Source: Candidatus Methanoperedens sp. (GTDB taxonomy: Archaea > Halobacteriota > Methanosarcinia > Methanosarcinales > Methanoperedenaceae). From it: a stretch of DNA of 32,000 nucleotides. Below, one piece after another: positions 25,014 to 32,000 of this stretch. Position 1 is the first letter of the stretch, and every line of letters begins with the position of its first letter. The notes beneath the pieces were generated by a model, which was not told the origin of the DNA, did no database searches, and worked only from the letters and a program-made list of their open reading frames with translations. A program made the translations under genes and the position numbers. Location: positions 1 to 32,000 of the forward strand of contig JAPZAR010000028.1 in NCBI GenBank assembly GCA_027460535.1, written 5' to 3'.

Positions 25014-26678
25014 TCATCGCCCTCTCTGTCCAATGTATACCTGTTCAACCCTCTCTATTGAATCCGCATCATCCGCCGATTTATCGCTTCTCACATTGAC
25101 AAGCCTGGGAAAGCGAAGCGCATACCCGGAATCGTAGTTAGGGCTTTTCTGTATTTCCTCAAAAGCCACCTCAAAAACTATCTTCGGCTCAAAATCCAGA
25201 TGTATCCCGCTTTCTGAAATCACCAGGTCCATGAATAATTTGGTCAACTCCTCGAGTTGCTCATCCGTTATGCCGGTAGCCACCCGCCCGATCGAAAGGA
25301 ACTTGTCCGTATCCGGGTCACGGCATGCCAGTAAATAGGAACCGATAAGTTTTGTTCTTCTCCCTTCTCCCCATTCCCCCCCCACAACCACCAGGTCAAG
25401 TGTTTCCATAACAGGTTTTAATTTAAGCCAGTTCTTCCCTCTCTTTCCGGGTGAATAAAAGGAATCCGGATTTTTTAGCATTACTCCCTCATGGCCTGCA
25501 GCCAGTGCCTCCTTATAAATAGTTTCCACAACGGATATGTCGTGCGTGGTTTTCTGATCGGCCAGAATGCTTTTATCGCATGTTTCCTCAAGCCTGAGCC
25601 GCCTCTCCTTCAGGGGTTTATCGATAAGACTGTCGCCATTCAAATACATGATATCGAACAGGTTCAAGAAGAGAGGTATCTCAAGTGCAGTTTCTGAGAT
25701 ATCGTACTTTCGCCTGAAACGTTTCAGGATTTCCTGGAAAGCCATTGGGCGTTTGTCTTTACCAAGAGCTACTGCTTCACCATCAAGAATGACCCTTTGT
25801 GCAAAAACATTTGATCTTACGGATTTCACGATATCAGGTAGTGAAGACGTTACATTCTCAAGTTTGCGCGAATAGATGACAACACTGGAGCCGTCCTTGT
25901 GGATCTGTACACGCGCCCCGTCGAATTTCCATTCCACTGCCAGCTTCCCCATTTCTTCCACCGCTTCCTTCATGCCGGGTGCTATCTGAGCAAGCATAAC
26001 TCTAAGAGGGCGCCCGATCAAGACACCTAGCTTCTCAAGACCAATTTTCCCTTCATTTTTCGCCGTATATGCCACGATCCCAAAATCGTTTACGATCATG
26101 TATCCCCGCTCGACAAGGTCCGCAGGAACCTCAAAGGCTTCTGCGATTGCATTCCTTACGATACCCTCTCCAACCCCGATGCGAAGTTCTTCTATAGCCA
26201 GACGCCCAATGTAGGGTATTTCAACAGGCCCTGAGGCGGCAAGCAGGTACTGGAGGTTCTTTATTTTCGCATCCTGTGACCCTTTTCCCTGGAGTCGAGC
26301 TATGGTCTGAAATCGCATGTATACATCGAGAATCGACAGTTTCTCATGTGAAAAAAAACCAAGATTCTTTTTGCCAGATTCCATTGCTTTTGCTGCCGCA
26401 AGGCCGATATCTCCCGTATCCCTCACGAATTCTTCTATGCGCTTAACAGGGAGGGAGGATATTTTAGATATGGCGGAATATAAAAGGCTCGGCCCGATAC
26501 CAAGCTCTTCTTCACTCCAAACAGGGAACACGCGTCCCATGATGAAACGGCTTGAGATCTCAAGTTCATTGTCATCCACTTTCCTTAAAAAATCCGCAAC
26601 GATTGAAGTCATTTCAAGCGACCCTGAGATCGACTCGATTTTGCTGCAGACCTCTGCAAATTCCTCAAAGGATGTCAT
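25014..26678 (-). CDS. lig: ATP-dependent DNA ligase
   Basis: 554 aa with the adenylation motif [13 protein letters not shown] (KxDG), downstream nucleotidyltransferase motifs (ILDGEAV, EGVMLK, WLKLK) and an OB-fold domain. Confidence 0.92.
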   Translation of the reverse strand: MTSFEEFAEVCSKIESISGSLEMTSIVADFLRKVDDNELEISSRFIMGRVFPVWSEEELGIGPSLLYSAISKISSLPVKRIEEFVRDTGDIGLAAAKAMESGKKNLGFFSHEKLSILDVYMRFQTIARLQGKGSQDAKIKNLQYLLAASGPVEIPYIGRLAIEELRIGVGEGIVRNAIAEAFEVPADLVERGYMIVNDFGIVAYTAKNEGKIGLEKLGVLIGRPLRVMLAQIAPGMKEAVEEMGKLAVEWKFDGARVQIHKDGSSVVIYSRKLENVTSSLPDIVKSVRSNVFAQRVILDGEAVALGKDKRPMAFQEILKRFRRKYDISETALEIPLFLNLFDIMYLNGDSLIDKPLKERRLRLEETCDKSILADQKTTHDISVVETIYKEALAAGHEGVMLKNPDSFYSPGKRGKNWLKLKPVMETLDLVVVGGEWGEGRRTKLIGSYLLACRDPDTDKFLSIGRVATGITDEQLEELTKLFMDLVISESGIHLDFEPKIVFEVAFEEIQKSPNYDSGYALRFPRLVNVRSDKSADDADSIERVEQVYIGQRGR

Positions 26679-26732
26679 AGAAGATAATTAGAACCACTCC
26701 CGCCGGGAATTGGGGAACCATATGATCGAGTT

Positions 26733-26769
26733 AAAAAATAGGGTAAATAAAAGGGGTTGGCCCTTTTAT
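26733..26769 (-). terminator. Hairpin plus oligo-T terminator after the pentaheme cytochrome gene
   Basis: A 9-bp stem ataaaaggg / cccttttat (26747-26755 and 26761-26769) has a 5-nt loop and starts 4 nt past the stop codon. It is followed on the minus strand by a T6 run (complement of 26733-26738). Confidence 0.5.
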
Positions 26770-26772
26770 TCA

Positions 26773-27375
26773 TTACTTGGTCGCATTAGCAAGTGCTGCT
26801 GCGTGAATGGCACCAATATCGGTACCGTGGCAATTTGTGCAGTATTTGCCTCTTGACAGATGTATTACGATAAGGTTACCCAGACTGGGTTTCAAATTGT
26901 CTGGCGGTGCAGCATGGCAATTTTCGCAAACTGCATAGTGACCTGGTCCTTCTCCCTTCTCTACCGTGGGGATCTTTGGTGGGAATCCGTGGCAAGTGTC
27001 ACAGTTCAGGTTTACTGTACCAGGTCCTATGTGGATATTGTGGACCTGACTGCCGTGGCAGTTTATACAAAGTTTTCCACCATTGACGTGGGGAGAGTAA
27101 TTCTGAGGGTTTACATGGCATAATTCGCATTTGATTGTCGCTACCTGGGAAGTTGTCGGTGCTGTTGAAGTGGCCCCTGCCGATGGGGTTCCTGTGGATG
27201 GTGGTGGTGGTGTTGCAGAAGTTCCTGTCGGAGTTGCAGCCGGCGTCTTTTCAGGCGTCCCTGCCGGCGCCAATTTGGTTGTACCCCCGAGGATAAAATA
27301 ACCCCCCGCGGCAACAAGTATCAGGGCAACTATGATCGCAATGTAAATAGGTACCTTCGTCTCTTTATCGTCCAT
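26773..27375 (-). CDS. Membrane-anchored pentaheme c-type cytochrome
   Basis: 200 aa. It has an N-terminal TM helix (VPIYIAIIVALILVAAGGYFIL), then a Pro/Thr/Ala-rich linker (TPEKTPAATPTGTSATPPPPSTGTPSAG..), then five CxxCH motifs (CELCH, CINCH, CDTCH, CENCH, CTNCH). Confidence 0.85.
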   Translation of the reverse strand: MDDKETKVPIYIAIIVALILVAAGGYFILGGTTKLAPAGTPEKTPAATPTGTSATPPPPSTGTPSAGATSTAPTTSQVATIKCELCHVNPQNYSPHVNGGKLCINCHGSQVHNIHIGPGTVNLNCDTCHGFPPKIPTVEKGEGPGHYAVCENCHAAPPDNLKPSLGNLIVIHLSRGKYCTNCHGTDIGAIHAAALANATK

Positions 27376-27579
27376 TTAAATATCACCATGCTAAATTGGG
27401 TTTTATATCTTTTAAATGTTTTGGTTTTACCTGAACCTGAGAAAAGCGCTGTTCAATAACATAGCGAAAGTCCTGAAACTCCATCCTGAAGGAAGATAAC
27501 GCTGACATCACTGGGCTTCAAAAAGAGAAATATATAAATAATTAGTATTTTATATTTATATTGTCAGTTTTAACATCGG

Positions 27580-28278
27580 TCATCGGTTAATCCTTAGTTT
27601 TCCTCCTTCGATCTCATATTCAAGCCAGAGAGTGGGTTTTGATGACAGTCCGACAATTCTTATGTAATTCTTGTCATTTTCCTCTTTGATCTCAATGATA
27701 CCATCAAAAAGTTGTTTTAATGTCGCTATTGTATGATCGTCATGCATGCCAACTTCTATTACAAAAATTCCAAGGGCTCCAGCTGCCTTGACGCGTCCTG
27801 TAAGAACATGCATGAACCTGAAAACGGTCTGGATATTTGAATACATCAATATTCCAGAAAGTGAATTGATATGAAGCTGGATTTTCAGGAGTTTCTTTTT
27901 CATGAGAAAATCCTCAAAAAACTGGCTTATGCGTACTCCTATTCCGGTCAAATCCACGGGACTGCTGGCAAATTTGATGTTTTCAGTTTCAATGGCAGTC
28001 ACTCCAATCGATTTTGTAATGCAATCAATAATCCCTATCCTTGATAGCGGAAGTACCATTTTGTTCTCTTTGAACCATTCCAGGATTTGAGTAGGTGATT
28101 CATGAGTTGTTACCGTTATTAATGCATTTTCATTTATCTCCGCACCGTGAAACATTATATTGTACAAGATAATTTCTTTTTGGATCATTGGCGGACCGAC
28201 CAGCATGATGTTCGTGCCATTTCTTATGCCTCCAATTGCATTATCCAGTTCTTCAATACCAAGTTTATAATCACTCAT
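27580..28278 (-). CDS. KaiC/RecA-superfamily (RAD55-like) single-domain protein with a degenerate Walker A motif
   Basis: 232 aa. It shows the KaiC-like layout (GIEELDNAIGGIRNGTNIMLVGPP..., later IGIIDCIT as a Walker-B-like strand). The P-loop reads GPPMIQKE (28174-28197) instead of GxxGxGK[ST]. Confidence 0.65.
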   Translation of the reverse strand: MSDYKLGIEELDNAIGGIRNGTNIMLVGPPMIQKEIILYNIMFHGAEINENALITVTTHESPTQILEWFKENKMVLPLSRIGIIDCITKSIGVTAIETENIKFASSPVDLTGIGVRISQFFEDFLMKKKLLKIQLHINSLSGILMYSNIQTVFRFMHVLTGRVKAAGALGIFVIEVGMHDDHTIATLKQLFDGIIEIKEENDKNYIRIVGLSSKPTLWLEYEIEGGKLRINR

Positions 28279-28302
28279 TGTTCCCCCTCCTAATGGTATG
28301 GT

Positions 28303-29166
28303 TTAATCCGATTTTCGCGTTTCATAAACTCTGTTGCGTTCAATGATGTCATAGAAAATCAGTACAATACCAATGATGTTATCTTTGTCATCATTGATAG
28401 TTGAACCGATAATATCTACGGGTATTTTCATACCTTCCTTTGTTATCAATACCGTATGATCTGCTAGACCGTAAAAAATATCTTCTCGAATGGCCTTCGT
28501 TACAGGGTTTTCTACCTGTTTGTCAGATTCTTCGCTAATAATATTGAATACGGTTGTCAGAGGTTTACCTGAAGCATCTTCCTGCTTCCAGCCCGTCAGT
28601 GCCTCTGCAATTGGATTCATAAGTCTTATGGTTCCTTCCGGGTCAGTTGCAATCACTGAATCACCTATACTTTGAATTACTGCAACAAGCCATTGATTGC
28701 TCTCTTTCAATCTCCGTTCACTTTCTTTTAATTTCTGTTCCATATAATGTTTGTAGAGGGCAATCTCAATAGTAATCTGTAATTCTCTTTCTCTGAATGG
28801 TTTAATCAAATACCCGAAAGGTTCTGTTAATTTTGCTCGTTCCAGTGTTTTTTCATCAGCGTAAGCTGTGAGGTACACGATCGGGGTGTCTAAATGGGAG
28901 CGTATTTGCTCAGCAGCTTCAATCCCATCCATCTTACCATGTATTACAATATCCATCAGCACCAGATCAGGATTATTTTCTCTCGTCTTTTTAATAGCCT
29001 CTTCTCCTGAAGATACTATTACTGGAACAGTATATCCCATCTTCTTCAATCTTCGTTGTATATCTTCGGCAATAGTAATTTCATCTTCAACAACAAGTAT
29101 CTGTTTTACGGTCTTATCCGATCTTCTTTCTATGCCTTCATCGACAATAATTCCCATCTTTAACAC
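28303..29166 (-). CDS. Response regulator: receiver (REC) domain fused to a PAS domain, with no DNA-binding output
   Basis: 287 aa. REC motifs are ILVVEDE, DLVLMDIVIHGKMDG (phospho-acceptor Asp), TAY and KP. A coiled linker follows, then a PAS fold (VIATDPEGTIRLMNPIAEALTGW...). Confidence 0.85.
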   Translation of the reverse strand: MLKMGIIVDEGIERRSDKTVKQILVVEDEITIAEDIQRRLKKMGYTVPVIVSSGEEAIKKTRENNPDLVLMDIVIHGKMDGIEAAEQIRSHLDTPIVYLTAYADEKTLERAKLTEPFGYLIKPFRERELQITIEIALYKHYMEQKLKESERRLKESNQWLVAVIQSIGDSVIATDPEGTIRLMNPIAEALTGWKQEDASGKPLTTVFNIISEESDKQVENPVTKAIREDIFYGLADHTVLITKEGMKIPVDIIGSTINDDKDNIIGIVLIFYDIIERNRVYETRKSD

Positions 29167-29187
29167 CCTGTATTTGTATCTCTGGGG

Positions 29188-30240
29188 TCATTTTATCCCT
29201 CTAAATTTTATTTTAAACTCTGTTCCTTTAATTCGATTAAGATTGATTTCACCGTGAAGTTGATTTTCTGCTAGCGTTGTGACAAGATGTAAACCCAATG
29301 ACTCGGTTTTTCTGAAATCCAAATCTTTCGGTATACCAATACCATCATCGCTGACCACGAGTTCAAGCATAGTTTCACCAATCGAGCGAAATGCTATCTT
29401 AATTTCACCGCCGGTGCCTGCTGGAAATGCATATTTTAGAGAATTAGTAACCAGTTCATTAATTATCAATCCGCATGGAGTCGCAAAATCAATATCCAAT
29501 GGAATGTTTTCGATATTCATGTTTAGTGTTATTTTGCTTCCATTAACTTCAAATGTTTGAATAACGTCAGCTATCATATCACTAATGTACTCATTGAAGT
29601 CGATTTTTGCTAAGTTTTTGGACTGATAAAGTTTTTCATGGACAAGAGCTATCGATAATATTCTGTTCTGGCTTTCTATAAACATATCAATCACGTTTTT
29701 ATCTCTGATGTATTGGGATTGATGTGCTAGTAGACTGGAAACAATCATCAGATTGTTTTTGACACGATGGTGAATCTCCCTCAAAAGTATTTCTTTTTCT
29801 TTGAGGGACTGAATGATCTGCTCCTGAGCCTGCTTTTGCTCTGTGGCATCTTTAATAACAACAACATATTTCACTTCGCCTTTTATTTTCACTTTATTAT
29901 TACTTACAAAGATATCTCTTCGTGATCCGTTTTTTGTTACAATTGCTGCTTCATAAGGCTTACTTATACCTTGTTGGATTTCTTCCCAACGCATTCGCAT
30001 GAACTCATGCTTATCCTCCGGAATGACTTTCATAAACGGTTCACCAATAAGCTCATCCATAGGCCATCCGAGTATTTTTGAAAATGCAACATTACCATAC
30101 TCGAACTTTCCTTCTGTATCAACCACAAATATCCCGTCAACTGATGTTTTAATGATAGTATCAATATAATTGTTTGATTCTTTTAGTTTTTCTTCAGCCC
30201 GCTTGCGCTCTGTAATATCTCTCATGACGGCCAACAGCAT
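29188..30240 (-). CDS. Sensor histidine kinase, C-terminal fragment: PAS + HisKA_2 + HATPase_c
   Basis: 350 aa. It begins inside a PAS-to-linker junction (..MRDITERKRAEEKL). It has the H-box EIHHRVKNNLMIVSSLL and the ATPase N/G boxes (INELVTNSLKYAF, DDGIGIP, GLHLV). Confidence 0.85.
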   Translation of the reverse strand: MLLAVMRDITERKRAEEKLKESNNYIDTIIKTSVDGIFVVDTEGKFEYGNVAFSKILGWPMDELIGEPFMKVIPEDKHEFMRMRWEEIQQGISKPYEAAIVTKNGSRRDIFVSNNKVKIKGEVKYVVVIKDATEQKQAQEQIIQSLKEKEILLREIHHRVKNNLMIVSSLLAHQSQYIRDKNVIDMFIESQNRILSIALVHEKLYQSKNLAKIDFNEYISDMIADVIQTFEVNGSKITLNMNIENIPLDIDFATPCGLIINELVTNSLKYAFPAGTGGEIKIAFRSIGETMLELVVSDDGIGIPKDLDFRKTESLGLHLVTTLAENQLHGEINLNRIKGTEFKIKFRGIK

Positions 30241-31201
30241 CCTGGTTCCATAGGTCGGGTCGTGGATCGGTACGGCATAGGTTTTCCATCCATAGACGGT
30301 TGCCTTTCATGCTGATCATAGCAAATTCCAATTTCCCCTTGTTTCCCCGGCAAATGTTTTCATGGAAGTCGCGCCAAACATCACGGTATTCTGGCGCGAT
30401 AAGATCATATAATGTGGCCCCGATGACTCCTTCACCGTGCTCACATTCGATCATATCCAGTCCGGCCCGGTTAATGGAAACCAGTTTGCTGTCCGCATCC
30501 ACGACGGTCACGCATTCTGGTTCTGCTTCGATAATGGCGCACAAATGCTCCTGGCTTGCCAGCAGCGCTTCTTCCGCTCTCTTGCGATCGGTGATTTCCT
30601 TATCCCCGCGCGTGAGGGCTTGGTTCATCACCTGGATTGAGGAAAACGTAAGAATGCCAACCCAGGCGAAGATAACGGTATAGGCTACCCACTGGGTTAT
30701 CGTAACGGAATAATTCGGATGCGGCAACAGTCCAGCATTTTCTGCCCCAATCAATCCGCCAACAAGGAGCGAACAGAGCGCGGTGGTTATCATCATCCCG
30801 CGAATGTCAAACAATAAACCCCCAGTGATGACTACCAACAAGTACATCGCCGTTGTGGGCGCGCGAATGGTACCTATGCTTGCCACGACTGCCGTGATCA
30901 GGACGAGTCCCATTGTGATCAGTCCAATCCTCGCCAGGCGCACTCTGCCGCGATGCATCCACGAGCGCAGAACCAGGCAAAATGCAAACGCCAACACTTC
31001 CGCTGCGAACGAAGTAAGAGAACTTTTGCCTCCCAGCAGATCGCCGATTAAGAGAATGGGCACAAGCATCGAAATGTTGGTCAAGGCAGAATTGAGTAAA
31101 TTGGCACGAAGCGTCTTGATTTCATCGTCCAGGAACACTGGCGGCGCTAACCAGCGTTTTATATAAAGCATCATCGGATTACCCCATCCTGACTTTTCCA
31201 T
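30194..31201 (-). CDS. Sensor histidine kinase, N-terminal fragment: about 6-TM membrane sensor domain + PAS, ending in out-of-frame residues
   Basis: 335 aa. It has the N-terminal PPVFLDDEIKTLRANLLN motif and hydrophobic helices, then the linker ITDRKRAEEALLASQEHL and a PAS domain. The last ~30 residues (..NLCRTDPRPDLWNQDAVGRHERYYRAQAG) look like frame-shifted translation. Confidence 0.75.
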   Translation of the reverse strand: MEKSGWGNPMMLYIKRWLAPPVFLDDEIKTLRANLLNSALTNISMLVPILLIGDLLGGKSSLTSFAAEVLAFAFCLVLRSWMHRGRVRLARIGLITMGLVLITAVVASIGTIRAPTTAMYLLVVITGGLLFDIRGMMITTALCSLLVGGLIGAENAGLLPHPNYSVTITQWVAYTVIFAWVGILTFSSIQVMNQALTRGDKEITDRKRAEEALLASQEHLCAIIEAEPECVTVVDADSKLVSINRAGLDMIECEHGEGVIGATLYDLIAPEYRDVWRDFHENICRGNKGKLEFAMISMKGNRLWMENLCRTDPRPDLWNQDAVGRHERYYRAQAG

Positions 31202-31335
31202 TACTCAAGTAGTTACATAAACTTTCAGTTATAATTTTCGGTCAAATTTTTAGTTGGGATACAAAATACCTGGAAGGGGTAGAGCTACTTCAGGACAGAA
31301 CCCCGCTTGTTATATCCCAGAAAAATTTAAAAAAA

Positions 31336-31733
31336 TTATCCAGAATAAAGAGAATTGAAGAGAAGCTGATTGCCGAAAAATGATATCAGGCTCTTTTCCC
31401 TTAGTTACCTTAATACCTTTTATGGACAATTTTCATTATCCAGAATAAATACTAAGACAACGATCTATTTTTGTGCACTTAAATCAAAAAGAATCCTTTT
31501 GTTTGACTTAAATTCTTCCGATATTGTATTTTTGTCTTGCTGTCTTGATAACTTCTTTTATTTGTTGGGGAACATGCTCAATACATAGGCTATTTCCATC
31601 AAAGATAAACTCTGCTTCTGCTAGACATTTAATACATTTTAATTTCATTATCAATCACTAGTTGGTTTCTTTCTACCCTATTGTTATTTAACCTTTGTAT
31701 ATTGTTTTCTTTTAAAAATTTATCCAGAATAAA
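31336..31733 (+). repeat. Three direct copies of the 14-mer TTATCCAGAATAAA in an AT-rich non-coding tract
   Basis: Exact copies lie at 31336-31349, 31436-31449 (exactly 100 bp later) and 31720-31733. Copies 1 and 3 are preceded by TTAAAAA(A)(A)T, a TATA-like tract. Confidence 0.7.
31508..31648 (-). CDS. Possible small zinc-ribbon-like ORF (46 aa)
   Basis: Hand translation gives MKLKCIKCLAEAEFIFDGNSLCIEHVPQQIKEVIKTARQKYNIGRI*, with CxxC ... CxxH spacing and a weak SD-like gtgat upstream. It lies between repeat copies 2 and 3. Support is sequence-only. Confidence 0.25.
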   Translation of the reverse strand: MKLKCIKCLAEAEFIFDGNSLCIEHVPQQIKEVIKTARQKYNIGRI

Positions 31734-32000
31734 AAGTAAAAACCATAATTTATTTTTCTATAATTATTTTGGTTGCCCTGTAACATTGGCATCGACATCA
31801 TTTTTCATTGATTCCCATTTCTTTAATTCCCAGATTAAAATTTTACGGCGCAAGATTTGTTAGGATTAAATAATGGAGAATAAGGAGCTGGCGATAAAAA
31901 AGGGTGATCGAAGGGCTAGAGATAAGTTCGCCAGTCTCAATCTATTATTTGCTGCACAAATACAAGACAGATGTTGTGAAGAATGATGACAACTTTAATT

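Larger units (their letters stand above)
29188..31201 (-). pseudogene. The two fragments above read as one ~670-aa membrane PAS-PAS histidine kinase interrupted by a 1-nt frameshift
   Basis: The span is 2014 nt, which is 3n+1. Removing one T from the T4 run at 30282-30285 joins the frames as ..KGNRLWME-TYAVPIHDPTYGTRMLLAVMRDITERKRAEE.., a canonical PAS C-terminus. This could be a real frameshift or a sequencing/assembly error. Confidence 0.6.

Noticed and set aside
31370-31863. Tracked ORFs 31370..31588 (72 aa) and 31681..31863 (60 aa); both translate the 14-mer repeat as 'LSRI'
   Set aside because: The products are extremely AT-rich and low-complexity (Phe/Leu/Asn/Ile/Lys), with TTG starts and no SD. 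The shared 'LSRI' simply reflects the DNA repeat, and copy 1 sits in a frame lacking any start codon.
1-32000. Scan for tRNA, rRNA or CRISPR arrays
   Set aside because: No T-arm consensus (GGTTCGAATCC-like) was found outside coding sequence. There are no regularly spaced 25-40-bp direct repeats and no rRNA-like conserved blocks.

Overview
This window is archaeal chromosomal DNA, about 40-45% GC by eye. The archaeal assignment rests on Nop5/Nop56, an NMD3 homologue, an ATP-dependent DNA ligase, an archaeal MinD, FlaI/FlaJ-type genes and a Sulfolobus-type zinc ferredoxin. Two multiheme c-type cytochromes plus an AtwA-like double-ABC ATPase suggest a methane-metabolising Methanosarcinales relative such as ANME-2d ('Ca. 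Methanoperedens'); that lineage call is inference only. Most of the window is housekeeping: uvrB, sppA, nop5, rubrerythrin, nmd3, a sugar epimerase, speA and lig. No rRNA, tRNA or CRISPR array was recognised. Seven things stand out. (1) A MinD / small TM protein / FlaI-like ATPase / FlaJ-like platform operon has no pilin or prepilin peptidase in the window, and its ATPase carries a ~440-aa mostly acidic N-terminal extension. (2) Two uncharacterised paralogous genes sit divergently next to that operon and are built from a repeated 'DF(I/V)xY' helical module. (3) A 574-bp cassette between speA and lig has perfect 14-bp terminal inverted repeats and an 8-bp direct flanking repeat, and carries two tiny coupled ORFs. 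(4) A same-strand run encodes a sensor kinase, a REC-PAS response regulator, a KaiC-like protein with a degenerate P-loop and a membrane-anchored pentaheme cytochrome. (5) The sensor kinase is split by a 1-nt frameshift and looks compositionally chimeric, with a GC-rich 5' part and an AT-rich 3' part. (6) A cell-surface octaheme-or-larger cytochrome has IPT/TIG domains. (7) An AT-rich ~800-bp non-coding tract contains three copies of a 14-mer. All functional calls come from motif recognition by eye; no database search was run.
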